A DNA stretch of 64,000 bases from a bacterium (GTDB lineage: Bacteria > Bacillota > SLNR01 > JBMNPB01): assembly GCA_050943375.1 (NCBI GenBank), contig JBMNPB010000003.1:71918-135917 (forward strand). Direction: 5' to 3'. The position numbers were made by a program, and so were the translations under genes. Positions 21,915 through 31,477 of the stretch are shown here, piece by piece; within the stretch, counting starts at the first letter, position 1, and the number at the start of each line of letters is the position of its first letter. The notes beneath the pieces are model-generated. The model searched no databases. It saw nothing but the letters and a program-made list of their open reading frames with translations, and was not told the origin of the DNA.

Positions 21915-23771
21915 CTAAGCCGGAGAGCCCGGCTCCGCCAGGCCGAGTTCCCGCAATTTCGCCGGGGTTGGTATCCCTTCTTCGCTCCAGCCCCGGTGTC
22001 GGTAATACTCGTCCAGCATCGGCCCGAAAGCCGGCAGATGTTCGCCGGCGCCGCCTTCCCGGCGCGGCTGCGTCAGAATCCGCGGCGGGAGGATGTCGTC
22101 CTTGCGGCTGATGCCGCAGCGGACATTATAAAGCCGTTTCAGATTATAAAGCCGTTCGCCTGTCCGGAGGAGTTCCTCCACCGTGGTGTCCCAGCCGGTC
22201 ACGGCATTGAGCCATTCGGCCAGATGATGGACATCGACCCCGCCGCTCAAGATGAATTTGCATACTTTGAGGGAGTCAAAAAGACACATCAGGTTCTGAG
22301 TCTCCGCCGCCAAGACACCTTTCTCGGCCGCGGCAAAACGGTCTAGCGGCTCCGGATAACCGAGATCGGGGGATTTCAGACCTCGTTCAAAAGCATAACT
22401 GTAACCCTGCAGATGACAGGCCCCGCGGTTTGAGGTGGCGTAACCGACTGCCAGGCTGCTGTAAGCCCGCGGGTCGTGGGCTGGAAAATCAAGTCCTTTG
22501 ACATTGATGGCGAATTCGGGGGCAAGGCCGCCCAGTTCGGCCGCCGCCCGGCGAGTCCCCTGCCCCAGCAAGGCGCCGATGCCTTCCTGCCGGCCGATCA
22601 TTTCCACGAGACGGAGCATCGCTGCGCTGTCGCCCCACGCAAGTTTCATTCCGCCGGTGTCATCCGCGGTGATGATCCCGTACTCATACGCTTCCATGGC
22701 GAAAGCAATGGCGGAGCCGGTGGAGATAGTGTCAATCCCGAGCCGGTTGCACAGTTCATTTGCCTTGGCTACTGCTTCCAGATCATCGACGAGAACGGCG
22801 CTGCCCAGCATCCCCAGAGTCTCGTATTCCGGGCCGCCGCCGTCAGTGCCGGCAAAAGGCGGAAAATATTGTTTGGCGACCCGGCCGCAGCCGATGACGC
22901 AGCCGTGGCAGTGATAAGACCCGGTGAGGATGGTCTCCGCCATGGTCTGACCGGAAATTTTTTCCGCCCCTTGCTCCCATTTACCGGCTCGCCAGTTCTG
23001 AATCGGCAGATCACCCATTTTTTCCGCCAGCATCAGCCCGCCGGACGTCCCGTACTGGCTCATCGCCCGGGTTTTCTCCACAATTTGCGGTACGATCTGT
23101 TTGACCAGAGAATCCAGCAGTTCCGGGTCGGCGACGGGCGGGCGTAGCGTGCCGTGAACGGCGACAGCTTTGAGGTTTTTGGAACCCATTACGGCCCCGA
23201 GGCCGCAGCGTCCGGCAGCACGGGCATCCTTACCGTCATTCATTATCGCCGCCAGCAGCACCATCTTTTCCCCGGCCGGCCCGATGCAGGCGACGCCCGC
23301 ATTCCGGTGCGTCTCAGCCAAGACTGCCGTTTCTGTCTCGAAGGTATCCTTGCCCCAGAGATGCGCCGCCGGCCGGATTTCCGCTCCGGCCTCGTGCACC
23401 CAGAGATAAACGGGAGACTGCGCTTTCCCGGTGACAATAATCCCATCGTAACCGGCCCGCTTCAGCTTCACGCCCCATGTCCCGCCGGAATCCGATTCAC
23501 CCCAGATTCCCGTCAGGGGTGATTTGGCCACGACGGCGTGGCGCCCGGAGAGAGGAACTCTTGTCCCGGTCAGGGGGCCCGTCAGGAAAAATAGCGGATT
23601 ATCCGGACCGAGCGGGTCAGTCCCGGCTGTCGTCATCTCAAACAAATATTTGGCGCCGAGCCCGCTGCCACCCAGATATTGCCGGCAGACGTCTTCCGAC
23701 ACCGTCACAATGTCCGTCTTTCCACCCGACAAGTCGACCCGCAGGATTTTACCCATGTAACCGCCCAGCAT
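21915..23771 (-). CDS. aor: Aldehyde:ferredoxin oxidoreductase (tungsten/molybdopterin AOR family)
   Basis: About 620 aa. N-terminal GKILRVDLSGG...YLGGSGLGAKYL and the overall length match AOR family enzymes. Confidence 0.85.
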   Translation of the reverse strand: MLGGYMGKILRVDLSGGKTDIVTVSEDVCRQYLGGSGLGAKYLFEMTTAGTDPLGPDNPLFFLTGPLTGTRVPLSGRHAVVAKSPLTGIWGESDSGGTWGVKLKRAGYDGIIVTGKAQSPVYLWVHEAGAEIRPAAHLWGKDTFETETAVLAETHRNAGVACIGPAGEKMVLLAAIMNDGKDARAAGRCGLGAVMGSKNLKAVAVHGTLRPPVADPELLDSLVKQIVPQIVEKTRAMSQYGTSGGLMLAEKMGDLPIQNWRAGKWEQGAEKISGQTMAETILTGSYHCHGCVIGCGRVAKQYFPPFAGTDGGGPEYETLGMLGSAVLVDDLEAVAKANELCNRLGIDTISTGSAIAFAMEAYEYGIITADDTGGMKLAWGDSAAMLRLVEMIGRQEGIGALLGQGTRRAAAELGGLAPEFAINVKGLDFPAHDPRAYSSLAVGYATSNRGACHLQGYSYAFERGLKSPDLGYPEPLDRFAAAEKGVLAAETQNLMCLFDSLKVCKFILSGGVDVHHLAEWLNAVTGWDTTVEELLRTGERLYNLKRLYNVRCGISRKDDILPPRILTQPRREGGAGEHLPAFGPMLDEYYRHRGWSEEGIPTPAKLRELGLAEPGSPA

Positions 23772-23804
23772 AATCATCACCTCGCTTCGAAATAGGCCGC
23801 GCTC

Positions 23805-25145
23805 TCAGGCCGGCAAGCTGGCCAGAGCGGCCTCAATCACATCCATTCCTGCTGCCATCTGCGCATCGGTTATCACCAGCGGGACGAGCAGCCGGACAAT
23901 GTTATCATGCATGCCGGCCTTGACCAGTATTACCCCTTGCTCATAACAATATTGCATTACCTGCTTCGTCGCTTCCGTTGCCGGTACTTTGGCGGTACGG
24001 TCCTGCACCAATTCAATGGCCATCATTGCGCCCAGGCCACGGACGTCGCCGATTAGCGGATATTTCGCCTGCATAGCCCTAAACCGCTCCCGGGCGTATT
24101 GCCCCAGCACTGCCGCCCGGTGCAGCAAATCCTCTTTCGCCAGAATATCGAGAACAGCGATGCCGGCGGCGCAGGCTACCGGGTTACCGCTGTAAGTGCC
24201 GCCCAGACCGCCGGCGATGGGTGTGTCCATGATTTCGGCTTTCCCGGCCACGGCGCTCAGCGGCATCCCGGCAGCGATGGATTTGGCCATCGTCACCAGG
24301 TCAGGCACGATGCCGTAATGCTCATATGCGAACATTTTCCCGGTTCGCCCATAACCGGATTGGATTTCATCGGCGACATAAAGGATGCCGTGTTTTTCGC
24401 AAATCCGCTTCAGACCGGGAATGAATTCCGGCGGGGGAACGATGAAACCGCCTTCGCCGATCACCGTCTCCACAATCATCGCCGCCACATCTTCCGGGGC
24501 GACATGGGTCGCCATGGCTTCCTCGATATATTCCAGGCAATGGAGGCCGCAATCACCGGAACGAAGTCCGAAAGGACAGCGGTAGCAATACGGATAAGGC
24601 AGGCGGTAAATCTCCGGGGCGAAAGGCCCGAAATTGTACTTGTACGGATTCACTTTCGCCGTCAGCGACATAGTCAGGAGAGTCCGCCCGTGGAAAGCGT
24701 TCTCAAAGGCGATAACGGCCGGGCGCCGGGTATACGCCCGGGCAATCTTGACGGCGTTTTCCACCGCCTCCGCGCCGCTGTTCAAAAAGAGAACCTTCGG
24801 GTCGGCAAAGCCCGGCAGCAGCGCCCCAATTCTTTCCGCCAGTTCAATGTACGGTTCATAAGGAAGGACGGCAAAACAGGTATGCAGATAACTCTCCATC
24901 TGCTCCTGCACCGCCGCCAGTACCGCCGGATGGGAATAACCCACATTCAGCACTCCGATTCCTCCGGCAAAATCAAGATAGCTGTTGCCGTCCACGTCTT
25001 CGAGCACAGCACCGCTGCCCCGCCGCGGGAAGATCGGCGTCGCGTTGGCAGCGCCGCGCGGCACGCATTTTTGCCGCCGCCGTCCCAATTCCACCGATTT
25101 CGGCCCCGGAATCGGCGTTTTGATGTCAATGCGATCTTTCACCAT
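23805..25145 (-). CDS. gabT: 4-aminobutyrate–2-oxoglutarate transaminase (class III PLP aminotransferase)
   Basis: Blocks YLDFAGGIGVLNVGYSHP, HTCF.VLPYEPY.EL, GAEAVENAVKIAR, HGRT and AKVNPY align closely with E. coli GabT. Confidence 0.85.
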   Translation of the reverse strand: MVKDRIDIKTPIPGPKSVELGRRRQKCVPRGAANATPIFPRRGSGAVLEDVDGNSYLDFAGGIGVLNVGYSHPAVLAAVQEQMESYLHTCFAVLPYEPYIELAERIGALLPGFADPKVLFLNSGAEAVENAVKIARAYTRRPAVIAFENAFHGRTLLTMSLTAKVNPYKYNFGPFAPEIYRLPYPYCYRCPFGLRSGDCGLHCLEYIEEAMATHVAPEDVAAMIVETVIGEGGFIVPPPEFIPGLKRICEKHGILYVADEIQSGYGRTGKMFAYEHYGIVPDLVTMAKSIAAGMPLSAVAGKAEIMDTPIAGGLGGTYSGNPVACAAGIAVLDILAKEDLLHRAAVLGQYARERFRAMQAKYPLIGDVRGLGAMMAIELVQDRTAKVPATEATKQVMQYCYEQGVILVKAGMHDNIVRLLVPLVITDAQMAAGMDVIEAALASLPA

Positions 25146-25240
25146 ACTCTCACCCCCTCATTTTCCTTTTCTTGCTATTTCGCTCTGCTCCGCCGCCTTT
25201 CCTTCCGCCGGCAGGTGAATTTCTGTCCCGGGGCGGCCCA

Positions 25241-25288
25241 ATAAAAAACCGCCGGGACGGCGTTATTCCCGCGCCGACCCGGCGGTAC
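25241..25288 (-). terminator. Rho-independent terminator downstream of cheD
   Basis: The minus-strand RNA forms CCGCCGGG-(21 nt loop with internal pairing)-CCCGGCGG followed by UUUUUUAUU. Confidence 0.5.
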
Positions 25289-25293
25289 AATGC

Positions 25294-25779
25294 TTATAAT
25301 TTTACGGTTCCCCGTCCCGCCGCCCGGACTAGGACCAAGCCGGTACTAAGGAAAAATTCCAGGCTCCGGCCATAATTGCTGCCGGTATCCTCGGCGATAA
25401 GGCGGACGCCTTCCTGCCGCAGCACTTCTTTGGCGGCCTCCACATTGCGCTCGCCGATGCGCATGATATCAGAATTTGCCGTCAGGGCGAACATATGTGC
25501 GCCACCGGCGATTTTCGCCCAGATCCGGGAGCGATATGCCCCTAAAGTGAACATCTTTTCCAGCATGGCCGGAATCGCCGTGTCCGCAAATTTAGCCGGA
25601 TGGGTGGAAGCCCGGAATTGATGACTGAACGGGAGCATGATGTGCGCCAGACCACCGACGCGAACCAGCGAATCATAAAGAACGATGCCGACACAGGACC
25701 CGAGTGCCGTCGTGGTCAGGATATCGTCGTTTGTTCCGTGGTTATACTCCCCCATCCTGATATTAATACTGCTGCCCAT
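25294..25779 (-). CDS. cheD: Chemoreceptor glutamine deamidase CheD
   Basis: ALGSCVGIVLYD...GGLAHIMLP matches CheD. Start set at the Met preceded by AAGGTGG. Confidence 0.85.
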   Translation of the reverse strand: MGSSINIRMGEYNHGTNDDILTTTALGSCVGIVLYDSLVRVGGLAHIMLPFSHQFRASTHPAKFADTAIPAMLEKMFTLGAYRSRIWAKIAGGAHMFALTANSDIMRIGERNVEAAKEVLRQEGVRLIAEDTGSNYGRSLEFFLSTGLVLVRAAGRGTVKL

Positions 25780-26398
25780 CGGCCGCCACCTTGATTTTAG
25801 CAAAAATAGCCGACAGCAAAGCGGAGTCGGGGAGGAGGAAGAAAAAACAATCGATCTTCTCTCCCCGGGCGACCAACTGCGCTGCCATGACTAGGGCGCA
25901 GTCAAAGTCACGGCTCGCACGGATGAGCGGGACGCTCAAAACGGCGCCAGCCATGTCCACGGCCGCATCCGGAACGGTCGCCGATAGAGCCAGGCCGGTG
26001 AGCCCGGCTAAGGCGCTTAAGAACGAGGCGCCCATGATATTCCCCGTCTCAGTCAAAGCAGACATTTCCATGGCATTGAAGGAGTCATCCTTCTCTTTTG
26101 GGAAGCCGAACAAATTGCTGATAAGATTGCGGGCGCTCGACAGCGGCAGGAGAAAAACAAAACTGCCGCCGGCACTGCCGGCGATGGTCAGGAGAACGGC
26201 GGCGACGATTTCTTCCTCCCCGCCCAGCTGATCCGCCACGGCGGCAAAGGGCAGCAATTTCACTTCCGGGACATCCATAGTGACCGGCGTGTCCAGCAGC
26301 AGCGACAGGGATGTAGCGGCATTGCCGGCGCCGATATTGAATACTTCCCGCAAAACATCACTTTGCCATTCAGACAGACCGGCCTCATTGTTCAGCAT
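25763..26398 (-). CDS. cheC: CheY-P phosphatase CheC
   Basis: LREVFNIGAGNAATSLS and a second GN(I)xxxS-type repeat typical of CheC/FliY; lies between cheB and cheD. Start trimmed to MLNNEAGL. Confidence 0.75.
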   Translation of the reverse strand: MLNNEAGLSEWQSDVLREVFNIGAGNAATSLSLLLDTPVTMDVPEVKLLPFAAVADQLGGEEEIVAAVLLTIAGSAGGSFVFLLPLSSARNLISNLFGFPKEKDDSFNAMEMSALTETGNIMGASFLSALAGLTGLALSATVPDAAVDMAGAVLSVPLIRASRDFDCALVMAAQLVARGEKIDCFFFLLPDSALLSAIFAKIKVAADGQQY

Positions 26399-27482
26399 GT
26401 GAATGCTCCTTCCCGGCGGAACGCGAACGACGCACCGCCAACTCGATTTCCGTCGCGATGGCCGCCAGGGGGGCGACTCTGTCGACCCGTCCCGTCTGCA
26501 CTGCCATTTTCGGCATTCCGTAGACGACGCAGGAAGCCTCGTCTTGGGCAATTGTCCGGCCGCCCGCTTCCTTGACGGCAATAATCCCTTTCGCGCCGTC
26601 CGCCCCCATCCCGGTCAGGATTACCCCCACGGCTTTCGTCCGGCAAACCCGGGCGACAGAAGTGAGCAGGCAGTCAGCCGAAGGACGGTAAAGAAAGCCG
26701 CGTTCCTCCCGGCTCAACCGGATAAACCAGCCCGGCCGGTTTTTCCCGGGGGCGATTTCCAGATGAGACGCGCCCGGAGCGATATAGACTGTGCCCGTCG
26801 TAACTTTTTCTTCCGGCTCCGCCTCCTTGACGGTCAGACGGCTCAGGAAGTTGAGCCGTTCGGCCAGAGTGGCGGTGAAACCGGGCGGCATGTGCTGGGC
26901 AATTAATACAGCAGCCGGCAGTTCTGCCGGCAAGGCCGGTATTATTCGATATAAAGCCTGGGGACCGCCGGTAGAACAACCGACGGCAACTACTCTGGCT
27001 GCCTCGCCGCCGGCGGGAACAGCCGGCGCCGGGGCAGCCGGCCAAGCCGCCCTGACCGACCGACCAAGACGCTCAATGGGACATTTTGCCGCCGCCTTGA
27101 TCTTCGCCCGGAGTTCGGCCCCGATGGTTTCTACATTGGCGAAAGGTGCGCCGGCGGGCTTGGTGACAAAGTCGAAAGCGCCCAACTCCAACGCCTGGAG
27201 CGTAACTCTCTCTCCCTGCCGCGTCCGGCTGCTAAGCATGATGACCGGTAGCGGGTCTCTTTCCATAATCCGGCGCAAAGCGGAAATTCCGTCCTCAACC
27301 GGCATCTCCACATCGAGGGTGATTACGTCCGGCGCCAGTAGCGCGGCCTTTTCTAAAGCGTCAGCCCCGTTGACGGCGGTGCCGCAAACGATGATTTCCG
27401 GATCATCTTCAAGGAGGCTCGTCAGGACGCTGCGCAGGAACAGGGAATCGTCAACAATCAGTACTTTTATTCTTTTTGTCAA
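26385..27482 (-). CDS. cheB: Protein-glutamate methylesterase CheB (receiver plus methylesterase)
   Basis: N-terminal receiver IKVLIVDDS...D. C-terminal methylesterase domain with GASTGGP and the family-typical Ser/His/Asp. TTG start near 27482 after a G-rich RBS. Confidence 0.85.
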   Translation of the reverse strand: MTKRIKVLIVDDSLFLRSVLTSLLEDDPEIIVCGTAVNGADALEKAALLAPDVITLDVEMPVEDGISALRRIMERDPLPVIMLSSRTRQGERVTLQALELGAFDFVTKPAGAPFANVETIGAELRAKIKAAAKCPIERLGRSVRAAWPAAPAPAVPAGGEAARVVAVGCSTGGPQALYRIIPALPAELPAAVLIAQHMPPGFTATLAERLNFLSRLTVKEAEPEEKVTTGTVYIAPGASHLEIAPGKNRPGWFIRLSREERGFLYRPSADCLLTSVARVCRTKAVGVILTGMGADGAKGIIAVKEAGGRTIAQDEASCVVYGMPKMAVQTGRVDRVAPLAAIATEIELAVRRSRSAGKEHSHAEQ

Positions 27483-27505
27483 GACACCGCAACCCCCGCT
27501 CTGAG

Positions 27506-27865
27506 TTATCCGATCGCTTTGGCTATTGCCTCCATGACTTTTTCCGGTTGAAACGGCTTGACGATGAAATCCCTTGCTCCGGCCTGAATGGCTTCGATGA
27601 CCATCGCCTGCTGCCCCATAGCGGAACACATGATGATTTTGGCACTGGGGTCGATTTTTTTAATTTCTTTTACCGCCGTAAGTCCGTCCATCTCCGGCAT
27701 GGTAATATCCATCGTCACCAAATCCGGCTGATGCTCCCGGTACTTTTTGACAGCGTCGCTGCCATCGACAGCTTCAATTACTTCGAAGCCTTTGGCTGTC
27801 AGGATGTTTTTCAAAATCATTCTCATAAATGCCGCGTCGTCAACAACCAATACTGTGTTTGCCAT
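27506..27865 (-). CDS. cheY: Chemotaxis response regulator CheY
   Basis: VLVVDDAAFMRMILKNIL...DLVTMDITMPEMDGLTAVKEIK...IIMCSAMGQQ...AGARDFIVKPFQ is almost identical in pattern to B. subtilis CheY. Confidence 0.9.
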   Translation of the reverse strand: MANTVLVVDDAAFMRMILKNILTAKGFEVIEAVDGSDAVKKYREHQPDLVTMDITMPEMDGLTAVKEIKKIDPSAKIIMCSAMGQQAMVIEAIQAGARDFIVKPFQPEKVMEAIAKAIG

Positions 27866-27893
27866 CTGTCGCCCTCCCAATCATGCGCTCATG

Positions 27894-28715
27894 CTATTTG
27901 CTGTCTAGGCCAAGATTTCCGCTGGGCGCCACGTCCACATCTGCCGCCGTCTTTTTTTCCGGACGGAGGCGCAGGCGCGGCGACAAAAATGCTTTCAGTT
28001 TCTCTTCCACAATCCGCGGATTGTCGCCGGCCTGGACCGAGAGAATTCCTTCCACCATAATCTCTTTGCGGAAAATTTCCTCGCGGCTCTTCACTGCCAG
28101 CTTGCCGGACAGGGGAATAAACAAAAGATTTGCCAGCATTGCCCCATAAAAGGTGGTCAGAAGAGCCGTGGCCATGCCGGGGCCGATCGCATCCGGGTCA
28201 TTCAAATTTTTCAGCATACTGACCAGGCCGATAAGGGTGCCGATCATGCCGAAAGCAGGGGCAAGCGTTCCGGCCGTATCGAAGACGCCCTTGCCGTCTT
28301 TGTGCCTCTCCTCCAGAAAGGCCAGATCGGTTTCCATGATGCTTCTGACCAATTCCGGGTCCGTCCCGTCGACGATAAGCTGAATACCTTTTTTCAGAAA
28401 ATCGTCGTCCAGTTCTTCCGCGTCACTCTCCAGTGCCAGCAGCCCTTCCCGCCTCGCTTTGGTGGCAAAGGAGACAAGCCGGTCAATAATGTCCAGCGGG
28501 TCAACTTGCTTCTGCTGGAATACCACCCTAAGCGTTTTCCCCACCTCGCGCAGCTGCCGCCCGGAATAACTGATCAGAGTGCCGGCAAGTGTTCCCCCCA
28601 GAGTGATCACAATGGAGGAAAAATCGTAAAACACGCCCAAATCACCGCCCAGCGCAATTCCCCAGATGACCAGGGAGATGCCGGCCACAATACCGACTAT
28701 TACAGTAATATCCAT
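27894..28715 (-). CDS. motA: MotA/PomA-family proton-channel stator protein with no adjacent MotB
   Basis: Four TM segments arranged 2+2 around a long cytoplasmic loop. The conserved Pro-containing TM3 (LAPAFGMIGT) and TM4 (ALLTTFYGAMLANLLFIPL) are typical of MotA/TolQ/ExbB. Start at MDITVIV, preceded by AAGGTGG. Confidence 0.7.
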   Translation of the reverse strand: MDITVIVGIVAGISLVIWGIALGGDLGVFYDFSSIVITLGGTLAGTLISYSGRQLREVGKTLRVVFQQKQVDPLDIIDRLVSFATKARREGLLALESDAEELDDDFLKKGIQLIVDGTDPELVRSIMETDLAFLEERHKDGKGVFDTAGTLAPAFGMIGTLIGLVSMLKNLNDPDAIGPGMATALLTTFYGAMLANLLFIPLSGKLAVKSREEIFRKEIMVEGILSVQAGDNPRIVEEKLKAFLSPRLRLRPEKKTAADVDVAPSGNLGLDSK

Positions 28716-28763
28716 CTGATTACCACCTTCAGTCCGCGGCAAAGCCGCTTCCATTCTTTTGTC

Positions 28764-30782
28764 CTAATGAACCGCGGTCAGCGATTTGATTAAGCCGGGA
28801 ACGTCGAGTATCAAAGCAATCGAGCCGTCTCCGAGGATGGTGGCCCCGGCGATGCCGGCAATCTCGCCGAAGAAATCACCGAGGGATTTGATAACCATCT
28901 CTTCTTCCCCGATCAGACGGTCGATTACGAGACCGACCCGGCGGTCGCCGCCGCCTACCACCACCACATACAGTTTCTTGCGCTGAGCTAACGGTTCGGA
29001 CTGATAGCCGAACACGCCGGCCAGCTGGGCGAGCGGCAGGACTTTGTCCCGCAGCAGGATTACCTCCCGGCCGTTTACCGTCTTGACCTCTTTCGGGTCA
29101 ACCATGATGATTTCGGCGATGGCCAGGAGCGGAACAGCGTAAATCCGCCCGGCGTCCCCGATCAGAAGGGCCTGCATGATTGCCAGAGTCAGCGGCAGCT
29201 TCACCGTGAAAACGGCCCCGGCCCCGGAATAATTCTCGACGCTGATTGCTCCATTCAATTTCTCAAGATTTGTCTTCACTACATCAAGGCCAACGCCGCG
29301 TCCGGAAATGTCGGTGACTTTTTCCGCTGTGCTGAACCCGGGCGAAAAGAGCAAATCAATCGTGTCCGCCTCTGTCAGTGCCTTGCTCTGATCCTCAGTA
29401 ATAAGCCTTCTCGCCACGGCTTTGGCCTTAATCCTCTCACAATCGAGCCCTCTGCCATCATCCCGGACGGTAATCAGAATATGGTTTTCCGCATGCAGCG
29501 CCGACAAAGCAACTGTTCCCCGGCGCTCTTTGCCGCGCCGGATCCTTTCTTCGGGCGACTCAATTCCATGATCGACTGAGTTGCGCAAAAGGTGCATCAG
29601 AGGGTCGACGATCTCCTCCATCACCGAGCGGTCAAGTTCGGTTTCCTCACCCTGAACGACAAAATCTATCTCTTTGCCGGTTTCCCGGGACAAATCCCGT
29701 ATCATCCGCGGGAAACGGTTAAAGACATGCTTGATGGGCAGCATGCGCGCTTTCATTATCTCTTCCTGCAAATCATCGGAGATTTTGGCCAGCTGGAGAA
29801 CGGCATCGTTTAAGTCGCGGGTCAGTTCATCCGACTCATATTTGCCCGCAAACGTTTCGCCGATGCGAGAAAGACGGATACGTTCAATAACCAATTCTCC
29901 AACCAGATTGAGGAGGTTGTCAAGAGTTGCGACATTAACCCGAACCGTCTTGTTCACCGGCGTCCGCCCGGCATTGTGCTCTTCCCGCCGGACCGCTGCG
30001 CTGCCCGGGTCTCTCTTCTCCGCTTCGGCCGGAGCGCTCAGCCGTTCGGCATAAGGAGTGACAGTCGCCTGTTTGATTTCCGACACAGTTTCGGCGGCGA
30101 TGCGAATCTCTTCGGCCGTCCGGTCCGTCGCCACCACTACCTGCATTATCTGCTCCGCCGTACCGGTGTCCCAGTTTTCCGGCGCGGGGGCAACATGGAG
30201 CACTTCCCCGAGCGCCTTCAGATTGTTCAGAACAATGAAGGCGCGAGCCGATTTCATCGTGCAATCATCTTCCATTTCCACTGTTACCTGGAAAACCGCG
30301 AGGCCGTCTGCCGCCCACTGCGCTAACTCCCTCTCGTCCGGGCCGGACGGTGCGGCCGGAGCCTCGTCAGTCTGAGCGGCGGACGCCAGCCCGGCGAGGG
30401 CCGAATGCAAAGCCGCCACCGCAGCGCTGATGTCCGTTTCAGCCTCCCCGCCGGCGGCTATTTTCCCCCGGATATCCGTCAGCAAATCGAGACAGACTAA
30501 CAACACATCGATAATATCTTGTCCCGCGTTCATTTCCCCATTGCGAAGACGATCCAGGACATTTTCCATCTCGTGCGTCAGTTCACTGACAGCAGAAAAT
30601 CCCATTGCCCCGGAACTGCCCTTAAGAGTGTGCGCGCAGCGAAACAATTCCTGGATAACGGCAATATTATCCGGTTCTTTTTCGAGAGCGAGAATATGCT
30701 GCCCCAAAGCTTGCAGCATTTCGTCCATTTCCTCCAGATAAGCATCCAGAAATTTTTCCATTCCTTCGTCCAATTTCATCAC
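28764..30782 (-). CDS. cheA: Chemotaxis histidine kinase CheA
   Basis: HPt domain (CAHTLKGSSGAMGF), HATPase region (NSVDHGIE, DDGRGLD, GRGVGLDVV) and a C-terminal CheW-like domain. Confidence 0.9.
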   Translation of the reverse strand: MMKLDEGMEKFLDAYLEEMDEMLQALGQHILALEKEPDNIAVIQELFRCAHTLKGSSGAMGFSAVSELTHEMENVLDRLRNGEMNAGQDIIDVLLVCLDLLTDIRGKIAAGGEAETDISAAVAALHSALAGLASAAQTDEAPAAPSGPDERELAQWAADGLAVFQVTVEMEDDCTMKSARAFIVLNNLKALGEVLHVAPAPENWDTGTAEQIMQVVVATDRTAEEIRIAAETVSEIKQATVTPYAERLSAPAEAEKRDPGSAAVRREEHNAGRTPVNKTVRVNVATLDNLLNLVGELVIERIRLSRIGETFAGKYESDELTRDLNDAVLQLAKISDDLQEEIMKARMLPIKHVFNRFPRMIRDLSRETGKEIDFVVQGEETELDRSVMEEIVDPLMHLLRNSVDHGIESPEERIRRGKERRGTVALSALHAENHILITVRDDGRGLDCERIKAKAVARRLITEDQSKALTEADTIDLLFSPGFSTAEKVTDISGRGVGLDVVKTNLEKLNGAISVENYSGAGAVFTVKLPLTLAIMQALLIGDAGRIYAVPLLAIAEIIMVDPKEVKTVNGREVILLRDKVLPLAQLAGVFGYQSEPLAQRKKLYVVVVGGGDRRVGLVIDRLIGEEEMVIKSLGDFFGEIAGIAGATILGDGSIALILDVPGLIKSLTAVH

Positions 30783-30790
30783 CCCGTCGC

Positions 30791-31291
30791 TCAGATAGCC
30801 GCTTTCCCGCTTTGCCGGCCGCTGGGGAATATCAGGTCCAAATCAATCAGTACAATCAGCCGTTCTTCGCTGTTGACAACTCCCGTCAAATAATCGGTAT
30901 CAACATTGACAACAAAAGCTGAAATCGGCTCAATCAAACTCAGATCGATCCGGAGGACCTCGTGCACCCCGTCGACAATCAGCCCAAGAGTGCAGTCATC
31001 CGCCCGCACGACAATTATCCGGCTCTCCTCGCCCAGAGGACGGCAAGGCAATGAGAGGCGGCGGCGCAAATCAACGACCGGGACAATCTTTCCTCGCAGA
31101 TTAATCACCCCGTTCACTTCTGGCGGCATCCGGGGGACATGGGTAATTTTCCGCAAATGAATAATTTCCTGTACTGCCGTAATATCCACGCCATATGCTT
31201 CTCCGGCCAGATTAAAAACAACGATCTGCCGTTCCGCCCGATCCATTTCCTTCACTTCCTCCATCTGCTGCACCTGCCTTCCCGGCAGCAA
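30791..31291 (-). CDS. cheW: Chemotaxis coupling protein CheW
   Basis: 166 aa with the CheW domain pattern (VVFNLAGEAYGVDI...VINLRGKIVPVVDLR). Confidence 0.85.
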   Translation of the reverse strand: MLPGRQVQQMEEVKEMDRAERQIVVFNLAGEAYGVDITAVQEIIHLRKITHVPRMPPEVNGVINLRGKIVPVVDLRRRLSLPCRPLGEESRIIVVRADDCTLGLIVDGVHEVLRIDLSLIEPISAFVVNVDTDYLTGVVNSEERLIVLIDLDLIFPSGRQSGKAAI

Positions 31292-31477
31292 TATCTGCGC
31301 AAATAGACAAAAAAGGATACAAAATTCCCTACTTTCGTAATATCGTTACGACGACAAGGTTTTCTGATTAGCCCCAGAGGCGATTATTATCACCCTGCCG
31401 CAAATACCCCTCCTTTACTTCCTATTACGCCCTGACTTGACTAATATTGCTGTCCCGGAAGAGGATGTCCCTGCTCT

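Noticed and set aside
24099-25244. 381-aa plus-strand ORF
   Set aside because: Antisense to gabT; same high-GC artefact reasoning.
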